Assembly (NCBI GenBank): GCA_963809485.1
Contig: CAWEJX010000007.1
Coordinates: 192,001-256,000 of the forward strand
Origin: an uncultured Acidobacteriota bacterium
GTDB lineage: Bacteria; Acidobacteriota; UBA6911
Reading direction: 5' to 3'
Length of the DNA: 64,000 nt
Numbering within the stretch: the stretch's first letter is position 1; each line of letters begins with the position of its first letter. Shown here piece after piece: positions 19,873 through 28,122 of this stretch. The position numbers were made by a program, and so were the translations under genes. Below the pieces are notes generated by a model that had not been told where the DNA came from, searched no databases, and was given only the letters and a program-made list of their open reading frames with translations.

Positions 19873-20172
19873 ATGCGCGTCATCGCACGGTCGCGTCTCA
19901 GGAGCTATTGGACTCAAAGAAAATATAGCGCGGCTGAAGAACCGCTCAAGGCATGGTATGACGAAGTCAGGCAGGCAAAGTGGAAGAATTTCAACGACCT
20001 TAAAGCCGATTTCCCCAGAGCAAGCCTGGTCGGTAATGGAAGAGTAGTTTTCAATATACACGGAGGCGTCTTTAGATTGATTGTAAAAATTGAATTCCGG
20101 CTGGATGCCGTTTTCATCCGTTATTTCGGCACTCATCAGGAATACGACTCAATTGATGCAAGCGAGGTATGA
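19873..20172 (+). CDS. higB: HigB-family toxin
   Basis: MRVIA...L; L.AWY; W.NF.DLK.DFPRAS; VFNI.G..FRLI; GTH.EYD.ID. Confidence 0.92.
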   Translation: MRVIARSRLRSYWTQRKYSAAEEPLKAWYDEVRQAKWKNFNDLKADFPRASLVGNGRVVFNIHGGVFRLIVKIEFRLDAVFIRYFGTHQEYDSIDASEV

Positions 20173-20529
20173 ATGAATGTAAAGCCAATCCGAAGCAAAA
20201 AAGATCTCAGCGAGGCGCTTGCCCGCATCGACGAGCTTATTGACGCCAAACCCGGTGCTCCGGAATATGATGAACTTGAAATCTTGAGCACTCTGGTTGA
20301 AGCCTATGAGGAGAAGCATTGTCCAATTCCTCCGCCCGATCCTGTGGAAGCCATTAAATTCCGGATGGATCAATTAGGCCTTAAACAGGCAGACATCGCA
20401 AAATACTTTGGAGGAAAAAACAGGGCATCAGAAGTGCTTTCCCGAAAAAGGCCTCTCAGTTTGCGAATGATCCGGAATCTTCACATTAATCTCAAAATCC
20501 CCAGTGACAGCCTCCTGGGATTAGGCTGA
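20173..20529 (+). CDS. higA: HigA-family antitoxin
   Basis: KPIRS; L.ILSTLVEAYEEKH; PDPVEAIKFRMDQ.GL.Q; SEVL..KRPLSL.MIR. Confidence 0.92.
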   Translation: MNVKPIRSKKDLSEALARIDELIDAKPGAPEYDELEILSTLVEAYEEKHCPIPPPDPVEAIKFRMDQLGLKQADIAKYFGGKNRASEVLSRKRPLSLRMIRNLHINLKIPSDSLLGLG

Positions 20530-20551
20530 GCCTGTTTTGCGAATTGCAGCA

Positions 20552-21153
20552 TTAGCAGCCCGTGGTGAAAGTACAATAGGCCGCGCGCATTTCTTCGCAA
20601 GTTTTTTGCGACAATTGGGTCCGGGGAGTTAGCCGGATCCCCTGACGTATCAGCAGCGCTTTGATTCGATTCGTTGCTCGCGTACTCTCTTTCTTCAATG
20701 CATTCAGTTCTCGGTGGAGCGGCCGACCATCTTCGTTTTCTGGAGACGGCACCTGCACTACACTCCAAATTTTGACCTCGCCCAGCTGGTACCGTACAAG
20801 CATAGTCACCAGCTTGCGCACGTCCAATCCGTCGATTTTAGCGCGTCGTGCCCTGCGGTTTACCTCAATGCTCGACGAGTCCACCACGATCTTCTCAACT
20901 CCGGATTCAAGCAGGGCCCGATTCAACCAGAATCCATCGCAACCTCCTTCGTAGCAGCTCATTACTCGAATACTCGCCGGAAGTTCGAATCGTTTCTTGG
21001 CTTCAGCGATTTCCCTATGTACGCTCGCAATTTCTCGCGCTGGAATCGTCCGGATTCGCGGCTATTGCCCCAGCCAGTTGTGAATCCCAATTTCCATTCA
21101 GAGAGGCTTAGCTCAAATGCCAGGCACACTACTGGTGGAAAGGGTTGCCGCAC
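20552..21153 (-). pseudogene. IS110-family transposase N-terminal remnant
   Basis: LAFELS..EWKLGF, SCYEGGCDGFWL, VVDSSSIEVNRRARRAKIDGLD, ED.R.LHRE. Broken reading frame and C-terminally truncated. Confidence 0.85.
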
Positions 21154-21401
21154 CGTTGCAGGTTGACACTGATATCAAGCTGCATTTGTACTTTCCTCGG
21201 AGTGACATCCCCCTAGTTATCAGACGCCTAACGCTGGGGCGGCCGGACCTTGATCTGCATTCCGGCAAATCCAATGACTCATAAAAAGCAGGCTATACAA
21301 CAGGAATCGTCGAAGTGGTGCATTTTGGAACCAATATGGAACCAAAATCGAAGGTCGCGGTTTTTAGAGAAATTATTGTAGCTGTAAATTATTGATTTTA
21401 T

Positions 21402-21477
21402 TGGTGGAGCTGGCGAGGATCGAACTCGCGACCTCCTGACTGCCAGTCAGGCACTCTCCCAGCTGAGCTACAGCCCC
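21402..21477 (-). tRNA. tRNA-Ala(GGC)
   Basis: GGGGCTGTAGCTCAGCTGGGAGAGTGCCTGACT-GGC-AGTCAGGAGGTCGCGAGTTCGATCCTCGCCAGCTCCACCA; 76 nt, G3-U70, encoded CCA. Confidence 0.97.
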
Positions 21478-21679
21478 ACTTTGTTGAATCTAAAGCAGCT
21501 TTGTTATGCCGCCTACCATGGTTTGCAGGGATTGCTGCCACTTGGCTTTCCAGAACGGGCATTTGAGCCAAAAAACCGCATTCCACGGATGGAAAAGAAT
21601 AGGCGATGATCTTCGGCTTTGCAAGCGGAAAACCCATGGGGAGTCCGTATCCAATATGGCCACCCTGTTTGCCTATTGC

Positions 21680-21850
21680 GGTCTGTGCGTCGTCCCGGCC
21701 GTCTACAGCCGATCTATTGCCCATAGGAACCCATTTGCCGTAGAGATCCACTGTAAGCCTTATCGATGCGTGTCCGAGAATCCGTTGGACATTACGCTAT
21801 GAATATCCCTCGCTGAAAGAGCAAGGAAGCAAAGCTAGGGCGCATTACAA
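21680..21850 (-). pseudogene. Tyrosine integrase C-terminal fossil
   Basis: Across one frameshift reads RPSFASLLFQRG...VQRILGHASIRLTVDLYGKW.P.GNRSAVD, i.e. box II of phage integrases. Confidence 0.75.
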
Positions 21851-22430
21851 TTGCCCATATCCGCTTTGGGCTTGCAAAGGCCGGAGGCCCGGCAGCAAAT
21901 AGCCGGGGATTTGTTGCGCCCATCCCTGGTAGGAACCAGCAAAGGCACAAGCCCTGGAAGGGATTGAATGCGGCCTTTCGCCCTTTCCAGGGCTTCTTCC
22001 TTCGCCAGAAGAAGGCGCATCCCCACTTTCCGACTAACATACCAATGAAGCGGATACGGTGATCAAATCCCTGCAGCAATCGTGATCTGCAGCCAGGATG
22101 AGGCCGAAGAACATTTTTCTCGCCATGAGCCGAAATTTTCTGAACCAAATCCGCCTCGGACGAGACAACACAGTTGCACGGACCCTTGCCGCTGCCAGAA
22201 ACCCCAGGGCAATGTTGAGCCCTCGGTGACCTGTCCTGATAAAAGGACCCATGGCCCTTTCAGCGTCCTCTCATAAATTCAATTCAGAGAATGCAGAATT
22301 TTCCGCTTGTGTCAAATCCCCCATGGATTAAAAATAGGCGCATATCAACAATCTAGGCCCAGGATTTGGGAAGCGCTCTGATTAACTGAAGGGCATTTCC
22401 CGTGCGCAGGGAATCTTGATGATTCCCAAT

Positions 22431-22592
22431 GGACACTCCGCCCGCTGAGCGGGTGGTTTCAGGAAGCCCCCAGGATGAGACCATCGCCCTGCGGGGCGCG
22501 ATAGCAGAGCTCCTGTCGGGGCTTTCGTAATCAGAAACGTCCGCCGTAACGGCAGAACCCTTTTGGGCCCCGCCGAAGGCGGCCGTTTGCCC
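22431..22592. mobile_element. Putative non-autonomous IS200/IS605-type MITE or structured element
   Basis: Hairpins CCGCCCGCTGAGCGGGTGG, AAGCCCC...GGGGCTT, GCCGTAACGGC, CCGCCGAAGGCGG; no ORF. Confidence 0.45.
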
Positions 22593-22801
22593 TGACGCTA
22601 ATTATTGCAGACCTCCTGGAATTGTGTAAATCAATGCCAGAAGGGGGATTCCAGGACAGGCTATTTTACTAGATCAGCGCCTAGGACCCGAATGCGGATG
22701 TGATGCGGCAGGCGCTGGATTCCACAGCTTCATAGTAGGCGACAGGAAAGCGCGCCGATCTAGAAGCATTCTTTCAGAAGCTTTGAGGAGGACATAGAGC
22801 A

Positions 22802-23455
22802 ATGAAACGCTGCCTATTCTGCGGCACGGAGGCCAAAGATATTGATAACTTTTGTGCTCACTGCGGCAAGCAGTTACAGCATTTTGATGGAACAGAAAAA
22901 CAACCTGAACACAAGGGGCGTTCCGCGAAATGCCCACGATGCGATAAGGAATATGCAAATGATTTTCCGAAATGTCCATTTTGCGGAAGCAAGAATCCTG
23001 GTGCGTTCCCGGGCATACGGCACTTTTTTACCAAAGTGGTAGGCGTAAGCTACAAAAACAAAGACGGGGAAAAAAGGCAGGAAATCATAAAAGGAATTGC
23101 CGACGAACGGGAAGAGGGAAAGCTTCGCATCGATAAGTTTGGGCGAGACGCCATCCAGCTGCTTTTAGATGCTGAGGAGGACAATCCCGTAGATCCTAAT
23201 GCCATGAAAGTGCGCACTGAGAGCGGCGTCCAGCTTGGATATCTTAACCATAAATTGGCGGCTGTGGTGGCGGCGCGAAATGCCAAGGGATATCGGTATT
23301 TGACATTTCTTGATGATTTCACCGGATCATCCATGGAAGATGACACAATGGGCGTGAATATGCTGATCATTGAAGCTGAACCAGAAGCGGAAAAATTCCT
23401 GCAAGCTTTTTTCGATGAATACTTCAAACCCAGAGCTGCAAAGCCGCGTGGATGA
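22802..23455 (+). CDS. Zn-ribbon + HIRAN-domain protein
   Basis: Four CxxC pairs; TKVVGVSY; E.DNPVDPNA.KV; QLGYL. RBS GAGGAGG. Confidence 0.85.
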   Translation: MKRCLFCGTEAKDIDNFCAHCGKQLQHFDGTEKQPEHKGRSAKCPRCDKEYANDFPKCPFCGSKNPGAFPGIRHFFTKVVGVSYKNKDGEKRQEIIKGIADEREEGKLRIDKFGRDAIQLLLDAEEDNPVDPNAMKVRTESGVQLGYLNHKLAAVVAARNAKGYRYLTFLDDFTGSSMEDDTMGVNMLIIEAEPEAEKFLQAFFDEYFKPRAAKPRG

Positions 23456-24081
23456 CAGGGTGTGACGTCGCAGGTCTCGTAGCGGGAAGGCGAAACGCGC
23501 CGATCTCGAGACATATATTCAGCAACTGTGATGTGGCGCGTTTATTAAAAATGCTTACTCGAAAACGGGCGTTTCTGCCGATATGGGCTATGAGGAGGCA
23601 GTTTAATACTCGGCAATTGGGGAGGGAAACCAGAGAACCGGGGAAATGGATTGTCCCCCACAATTTTTTTTGAGAAGCAGTAAGACTGTTTCGTAATTGA
23701 AGTGGCTCCGCGTGGAAAAAGGACCTCCGCAACAATCCGGCAGCCACAGTCTGCTGACCGGCCTTGTCCCATCACTCCTGATTTCTTCCACTTCCGGTAA
23801 GAAGGCTGCAAAACCGCCGACGCGTGTCTTTCATTCCATGGAACAGTCCCTCCAGCCGATTTGGCGGGCTCCGCGCCCGGTTGGATAGTTCCCTCGGATA
23901 CCGCCGTCGCCAGCCTAATGTCCGCGCCGGGACCACCTCGCAGAGACGCGCCCGGGGCGGCGCGTCTCTTCAGCCCGATGGTTTTGGTTTGAGCCTTGGC
24001 AGTATGGGCAAACACAAAGGGCTCCCGAAGAAGCCCCATCCATCAAGTTTATTTCCAGGAAAGATCCGGCTTGATGGATTC

Positions 24082-24294
24082 TCAAAACTTCTGATGTGTC
24101 CGCGTTGTGCGAATTAGGAATTGAATAAAGGCAATGTATCGCCCGCAAACCTCGGGATTTTGGTTCAGCTGCTGCGCCTCGAGTTCGCTCCAGCATCCCC
24201 TGCAAAAGTGCCAGGTCTGCATCTGGCCATCCGGGCCGGACCGGCGTTGCTCATTGTGCGTTGTCTCTGGATTAGGGCAAAGGCAGCAAGCCAT
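24082..24294 (-). CDS. Small hypothetical Cys-containing protein
   Basis: RBS AGGA; CCLC and CRGC pairs. Confidence 0.4.
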   Translation of the reverse strand: MACCLCPNPETTHNEQRRSGPDGQMQTWHFCRGCWSELEAQQLNQNPEVCGRYIAFIQFLIRTTRTHQKF

Positions 24295-24447
24295 ATTAAT
24301 TCCTAACTAATCCCGCCTGTAACGGATATATCGGCATGAGCCATGCTTTACCCTTAAAATTTTGCTCCCTCCACGCCAGGCTACCGCAGCTTTTTGCCTC
24401 CGCGCTTTTCATGCCCTTACCTCTATTTGTAGAAACATCCGCCAAAG

Positions 24448-24480
24448 AAAAAGGCCGCTCCTTGAGCCGGCCTTTTTTTG
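24448..24480. terminator. Bidirectional intrinsic terminator-like hairpin
   Basis: AAAAGGCCG-CTCCTTGAG-CCGGCCTTTTTTT. Confidence 0.6.
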
Positions 24481-24728
24481 CTGCGGAAGGGACGGCAAAT
24501 ATTTCCCCAAATTCGCGGCGGTTGAGGCAAATTCCCCTAAGATCTATAGTGTCGGGATTTCTTACGCCCGGATCCATTGACGGTAATGCTTATTTGTCAA
24601 TCAGTAAGAACCTATGTGAAAAATACCTTCATCATAACTGTCGCAGACTCTTATGAGCGTTCCTGACATGCCGTGCTCAGAATGCCTCCATGGATTATCG
24701 CGGATTCGAAGGTTTTTCGCACTGCCCG

Positions 24729-25301
24729 TCAAGCCCGGGAGACGAATTCGCCGGTTTGCGTGCTGACGCGCACAACCTCTCCCTCTTTAATAAACAGCGG
24801 AACCCTGACCGGCAATCCTGTTTCCAGCGTTGCGGGCTTGGTGGCGCCGCCCGAGCCCGTGTCGGCGCGACCGCCAGGCTCCGTGGAAGCCACCGTCAGT
24901 TCCACGAATGGAGGCAGTTGAATTGCAATCGGCCCTCCATTGTACTTGAGCACCTGGAGCGAAATGCCGTCCTTCAGGTAGAGCCTGTCGTCCCCCAGCT
25001 GATCCTCCGTCAAGGCGAACTGCTCGTAGGTCCCCTCATCCATAAAATGACAGCTCTCCCCGTCCGAATACAGAAACGACGCGGGAGTCAAAACAATGTC
25101 CGGCTCCTCGAACTTTTCACCGGTCCTGAAGCTTTTTTCCATCACGGCGTCGGTGATCAGATTGCGCAGCCTGGTCCTCACCATCGTCGTGGCTCCCCGC
25201 GCGCTCGGTGACGCGAAAAACACGTCAATTACCGCATACGGCTGATTCTCGACCGTGATGAACATCTTCCGCTTCAGTTCGTTTGCCCCTATAAGTGCCA
25301 T
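24729..25301 (-). CDS. Elongation factor P-like protein (EfpL/YeiP-type loop)
   Basis: EF-P fold (FMD..TYEQ, KPATLETG..V.VPLFI..GE) with SPSARG loop instead of KPGKG. Confidence 0.88.
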   Translation of the reverse strand: MALIGANELKRKMFITVENQPYAVIDVFFASPSARGATTMVRTRLRNLITDAVMEKSFRTGEKFEEPDIVLTPASFLYSDGESCHFMDEGTYEQFALTEDQLGDDRLYLKDGISLQVLKYNGGPIAIQLPPFVELTVASTEPGGRADTGSGGATKPATLETGLPVRVPLFIKEGEVVRVSTQTGEFVSRA

Positions 25302-25515
25302 TGCCCCGTCTCAATTGTCAGGAATTCAACCGCCATAATCCGTTTTCTGCGGAAATTTATCAGAAAGCGGGACGCGGATCCGCAAGGATATGCCAATTCC
25401 CCTGTACGGTAAATAGCCGGCCATTGCCATCTCAGATAACAATGCAGTAGCAACGAATCAGAATTTTTTGTTGCCGGAGCCGGCACAGATCCTCAGATTG
25501 AAGCGCTCTCCCAAA

Positions 25516-26472
25516 CTATTGCCAGGACTGACGCAGTTCCCGGATGAAGGCGTCGGGCTGATTCACCTCGAGCAGAACGGGTGCGCCCTCCCCTTTGGGC
25601 GGAAGGAGTACCAATATCCGGCTGTCGGCCCGGTACATGCGGACTTTTTGGCCGTTCGCTACCTTATACCAGCCTGAAGCATAATGAAAATTGGCGAAGC
25701 CGTTGGTGCGCGTCGTCACCCGCCAGTCCGGATCTGTCTTTATGTCCACCGTTTTTACGCTTGCCAAATCGATTTCACCAGCTCTCAAAGTGACCGGGTA
25801 GAACCTGTCGCGGACAGTCAGTCCCTCCGGATTCAACGTGTACTCCGGAGGCCCCGGAGAGTACAGCAGGGCGCCCGCAGTAAGCAGAAGCGCAAGAATC
25901 CCTATCGCGATGGCAAGTATTTTTGCGAACCGCCCTGTACGCCGGCTTGCTTGCACAGAGCCTGCAGCCGATCCTGCCAGCCCGGCTTCCGACGCTGAAA
26001 CGGCCATCCGCATCGCCGTAACAAACCCATTCACATCATCCGGGCTGAGGACCAGGGTTTTGCCGCCAGTGACGACAACGACACCATGGTCCCGCTGAGT
26101 AACGTACCAACTGGATTTCCCGAGTTTCGAGGTCCGGTACAAGCCGCAGTAGCCGAAAAATCCGCCGCTGCCGAACAGACGAATACAGCCCTTGAGATCC
26201 TCGGCTTCCGCCGCCCTTACCTCACGGATGTCACCCAAAGGGATTTCAATATTGCCAATGAGGCGCCGGATAATCAGCGCTCCCTCTTTGATGGCATAGC
26301 CTCTCGCCGAATACGCATAGCCCAATCCAATGACCAGTACGCAAAGGCACCCCGCAAGAACGCTGCGAGTCCCAATGGTGGCGCCAATCAGGAGAAGGCA
26401 GACAACCGCGCTGATGAATTTGGTCACCGAATCGAAGGATACGGAAAATGAACTGTCCGGATTTGCATACAT
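25516..26472 (-). CDS. Membrane protein with two bacterial PH domains
   Basis: TM helices; RLFGSGGFFGY.G.Y and RTNG....Y.SGWY repeated PH-like motifs. Confidence 0.78.
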   Translation of the reverse strand: MYANPDSSFSVSFDSVTKFISAVVCLLLIGATIGTRSVLAGCLCVLVIGLGYAYSARGYAIKEGALIIRRLIGNIEIPLGDIREVRAAEAEDLKGCIRLFGSGGFFGYCGLYRTSKLGKSSWYVTQRDHGVVVVTGGKTLVLSPDDVNGFVTAMRMAVSASEAGLAGSAAGSVQASRRTGRFAKILAIAIGILALLLTAGALLYSPGPPEYTLNPEGLTVRDRFYPVTLRAGEIDLASVKTVDIKTDPDWRVTTRTNGFANFHYASGWYKVANGQKVRMYRADSRILVLLPPKGEGAPVLLEVNQPDAFIRELRQSWQ

Positions 26473-26675
26473 ATATTTGGCCTTTTTGCAATTATACAGC
26501 AAGAGCCGGCAATCACGCATTGCGCTGCCGGAAATCGCCGCTTCCCCATCACAAACCCGGTTTCCCCGCCGCACCCGGACACACCATGCTCTCCCCGGGA
26601 ATTGCGGAGTGCATGGCTTTGAGCAGGTATCGCCTATATAATCAACGGGTGCCGGTCCCGGGAAAGGATAACTCA

Positions 26676-27122
26676 ATGACTGAAGACCTCAAGATTCTTC
26701 TCAGAAGCCTCTTTTCCAGCCAGTTGCTCGCTGTCCTCGGGACACAGGGTCCGAACGGGCCTTATGGGAGTCTTGTTGCTTTTGCCTCCACGGACGATCT
26801 GAAACACCTCCTGTTCGCGACAAGCCGTCCCACCCGCAAGTATGAGAACCTTCTCAAGACGCCCAAAGTCGCCCTCGTCATTGACAACCGCTCCAACCTG
26901 GAGAATGATTTCAGAAATGCCGTCGCCGTCACCGCCACCGGTTCGGTGAAAGAGGCAACCGGTCCTGAAAAAGAATACTTCCAGACGCTCTATCTCGAAA
27001 AGCACCCTTCGCTGCGCGGCTTTGTGGAAACGCCCAGCTGCGCCCTCCTCAATGTGGAAGTCGACACTTATTTCATCGTGCGGCAATTTCAGCAGGTCGT
27101 GGAGCTTCATATGGAAAGGTAA
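26676..27122 (+). CDS. Pyridoxamine 5'-phosphate oxidase-family FMN-binding protein
   Basis: LAVLGT...PYGSLVAF; FAT...TRKY.NL...PKVALVIDNR. Confidence 0.88.
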   Translation: MTEDLKILLRSLFSSQLLAVLGTQGPNGPYGSLVAFASTDDLKHLLFATSRPTRKYENLLKTPKVALVIDNRSNLENDFRNAVAVTATGSVKEATGPEKEYFQTLYLEKHPSLRGFVETPSCALLNVEVDTYFIVRQFQQVVELHMER

Positions 27123-27273
27123 TAGCTCCGGGCAACAGCAGGAATCCGGGGAGATAAGAAGATCAGGGATTGCATACCATGATCCGAGGTCTTATATGCC
27201 TGTGAGGCAGCCTGGCATTCCCAGGCAATACGGGGCTCTCCGGCATGACAATTTGCAGACAGGAGGAATTTCA

Positions 27274-27870
27274 ATGAATCGTACGATTCTGGCAGTATTC
27301 ACCGCTGCCCTGCTTTTTGCGATCCGCCCCGCAACAGCCCAGTCCAACTGGGATATCGACCCGTCGCATTCGGCCGCCCAGTTCCAGGTGAAGCACCTCA
27401 TGATCAGCAACGTTAAAGGCGAATTCGGCAAAATGTCGGGCAAAGCAGTCTTCGACGGGAAGAACTACGGGACCGTCAAAGCTGATGCCACCATCGAGGT
27501 CGCCTCGATCAACACACGCGAACAGAAGCGCGACGAGCACCTGCGCAGCGCAGACTTCTTCGACGCAACCGCTCATCCGACGATCACCTTCAAATCAAAA
27601 CGCGTCGAGGGCATCAGCGGGCATAAGTTCAATCTCGTGGGCGACCTCACGATGCGCGGGGTCACGAAAGAAGTGACTCTCAACGTGGAAGCGACACCCG
27701 CGATCAAAGGCATGCGCGGGGAAACCCGTATGGGCGCGCAAGCCACAGCCCGGCTGAACCGGCAGGATTTCGGCGTCAAGTGGAACCGGGCGCTCGATGC
27801 GGGCGGCGTGGTCGTAGGCGATGAAGTCCAAATCACCCTGGACCTTGAACTCACTCAGGCAGGAAAATAG
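27274..27870 (+). CDS. yceI: YceI-family polyisoprenoid-binding protein
   Basis: Signal peptide; W.IDPSHS..F.VKHLMIS.VKG.F; RD.HLRSADFFD; R.DFG. Confidence 0.93.
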   Translation: MNRTILAVFTAALLFAIRPATAQSNWDIDPSHSAAQFQVKHLMISNVKGEFGKMSGKAVFDGKNYGTVKADATIEVASINTREQKRDEHLRSADFFDATAHPTITFKSKRVEGISGHKFNLVGDLTMRGVTKEVTLNVEATPAIKGMRGETRMGAQATARLNRQDFGVKWNRALDAGGVVVGDEVQITLDLELTQAGK

Positions 27871-27876
27871 CTCATC

Positions 27877-27975
27877 GGGAGTCCCACGGTAGCGCTGGGG
27901 GCTCCCGGCGCTTGACAGCTCCGGTGTTTTTTAACGCGGACGCACGCTGACAAAACGCCGACGAACGCAGATACT
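27877..27975 (+). repeat. Degenerate partial copy of IS200/605-shell + ACGCTGAC repeat
   Basis: TTGACAGCTCCG..TTTTTAACGCGGACGCACGCTGAC matches the reverse complement of 44855-44890. Confidence 0.6.
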
Positions 27976-28122
27976 TCAGGTCATCCACCATTGCAGGTGC
28001 ATATCAGTTCCCAAGTCAACTGCAGCCTTATGCGCCCGCTTCAACGATCTATTTCCGCTTGTGCCCTGTGGTGTAACTCCGATAAGGTGTTTTTTTTGCA
28101 TTAACCGAAAAGGAGAGATCCC

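Larger units (their letters stand above)
10551..21450. mobile_element. tRNA-Ala-integrated phage-satellite-like / integrative element (~10.9 kb)
   Basis: Bounded by tRNA duplications; integrase next to att; AlpA, CHC2, DUF927, iterons, TA cargo. No capsid or conjugation genes seen. Confidence 0.85.

Noticed and set aside
20552-21300. Functional IS110 bridge-RNA system
   Set aside because: The transposase is broken and lacks its C-terminal domain; no structured non-coding end could be supported.
23545-24039. 164-aa CDS
   Set aside because: No RBS, motif or protein-like composition recognised; left uncalled.
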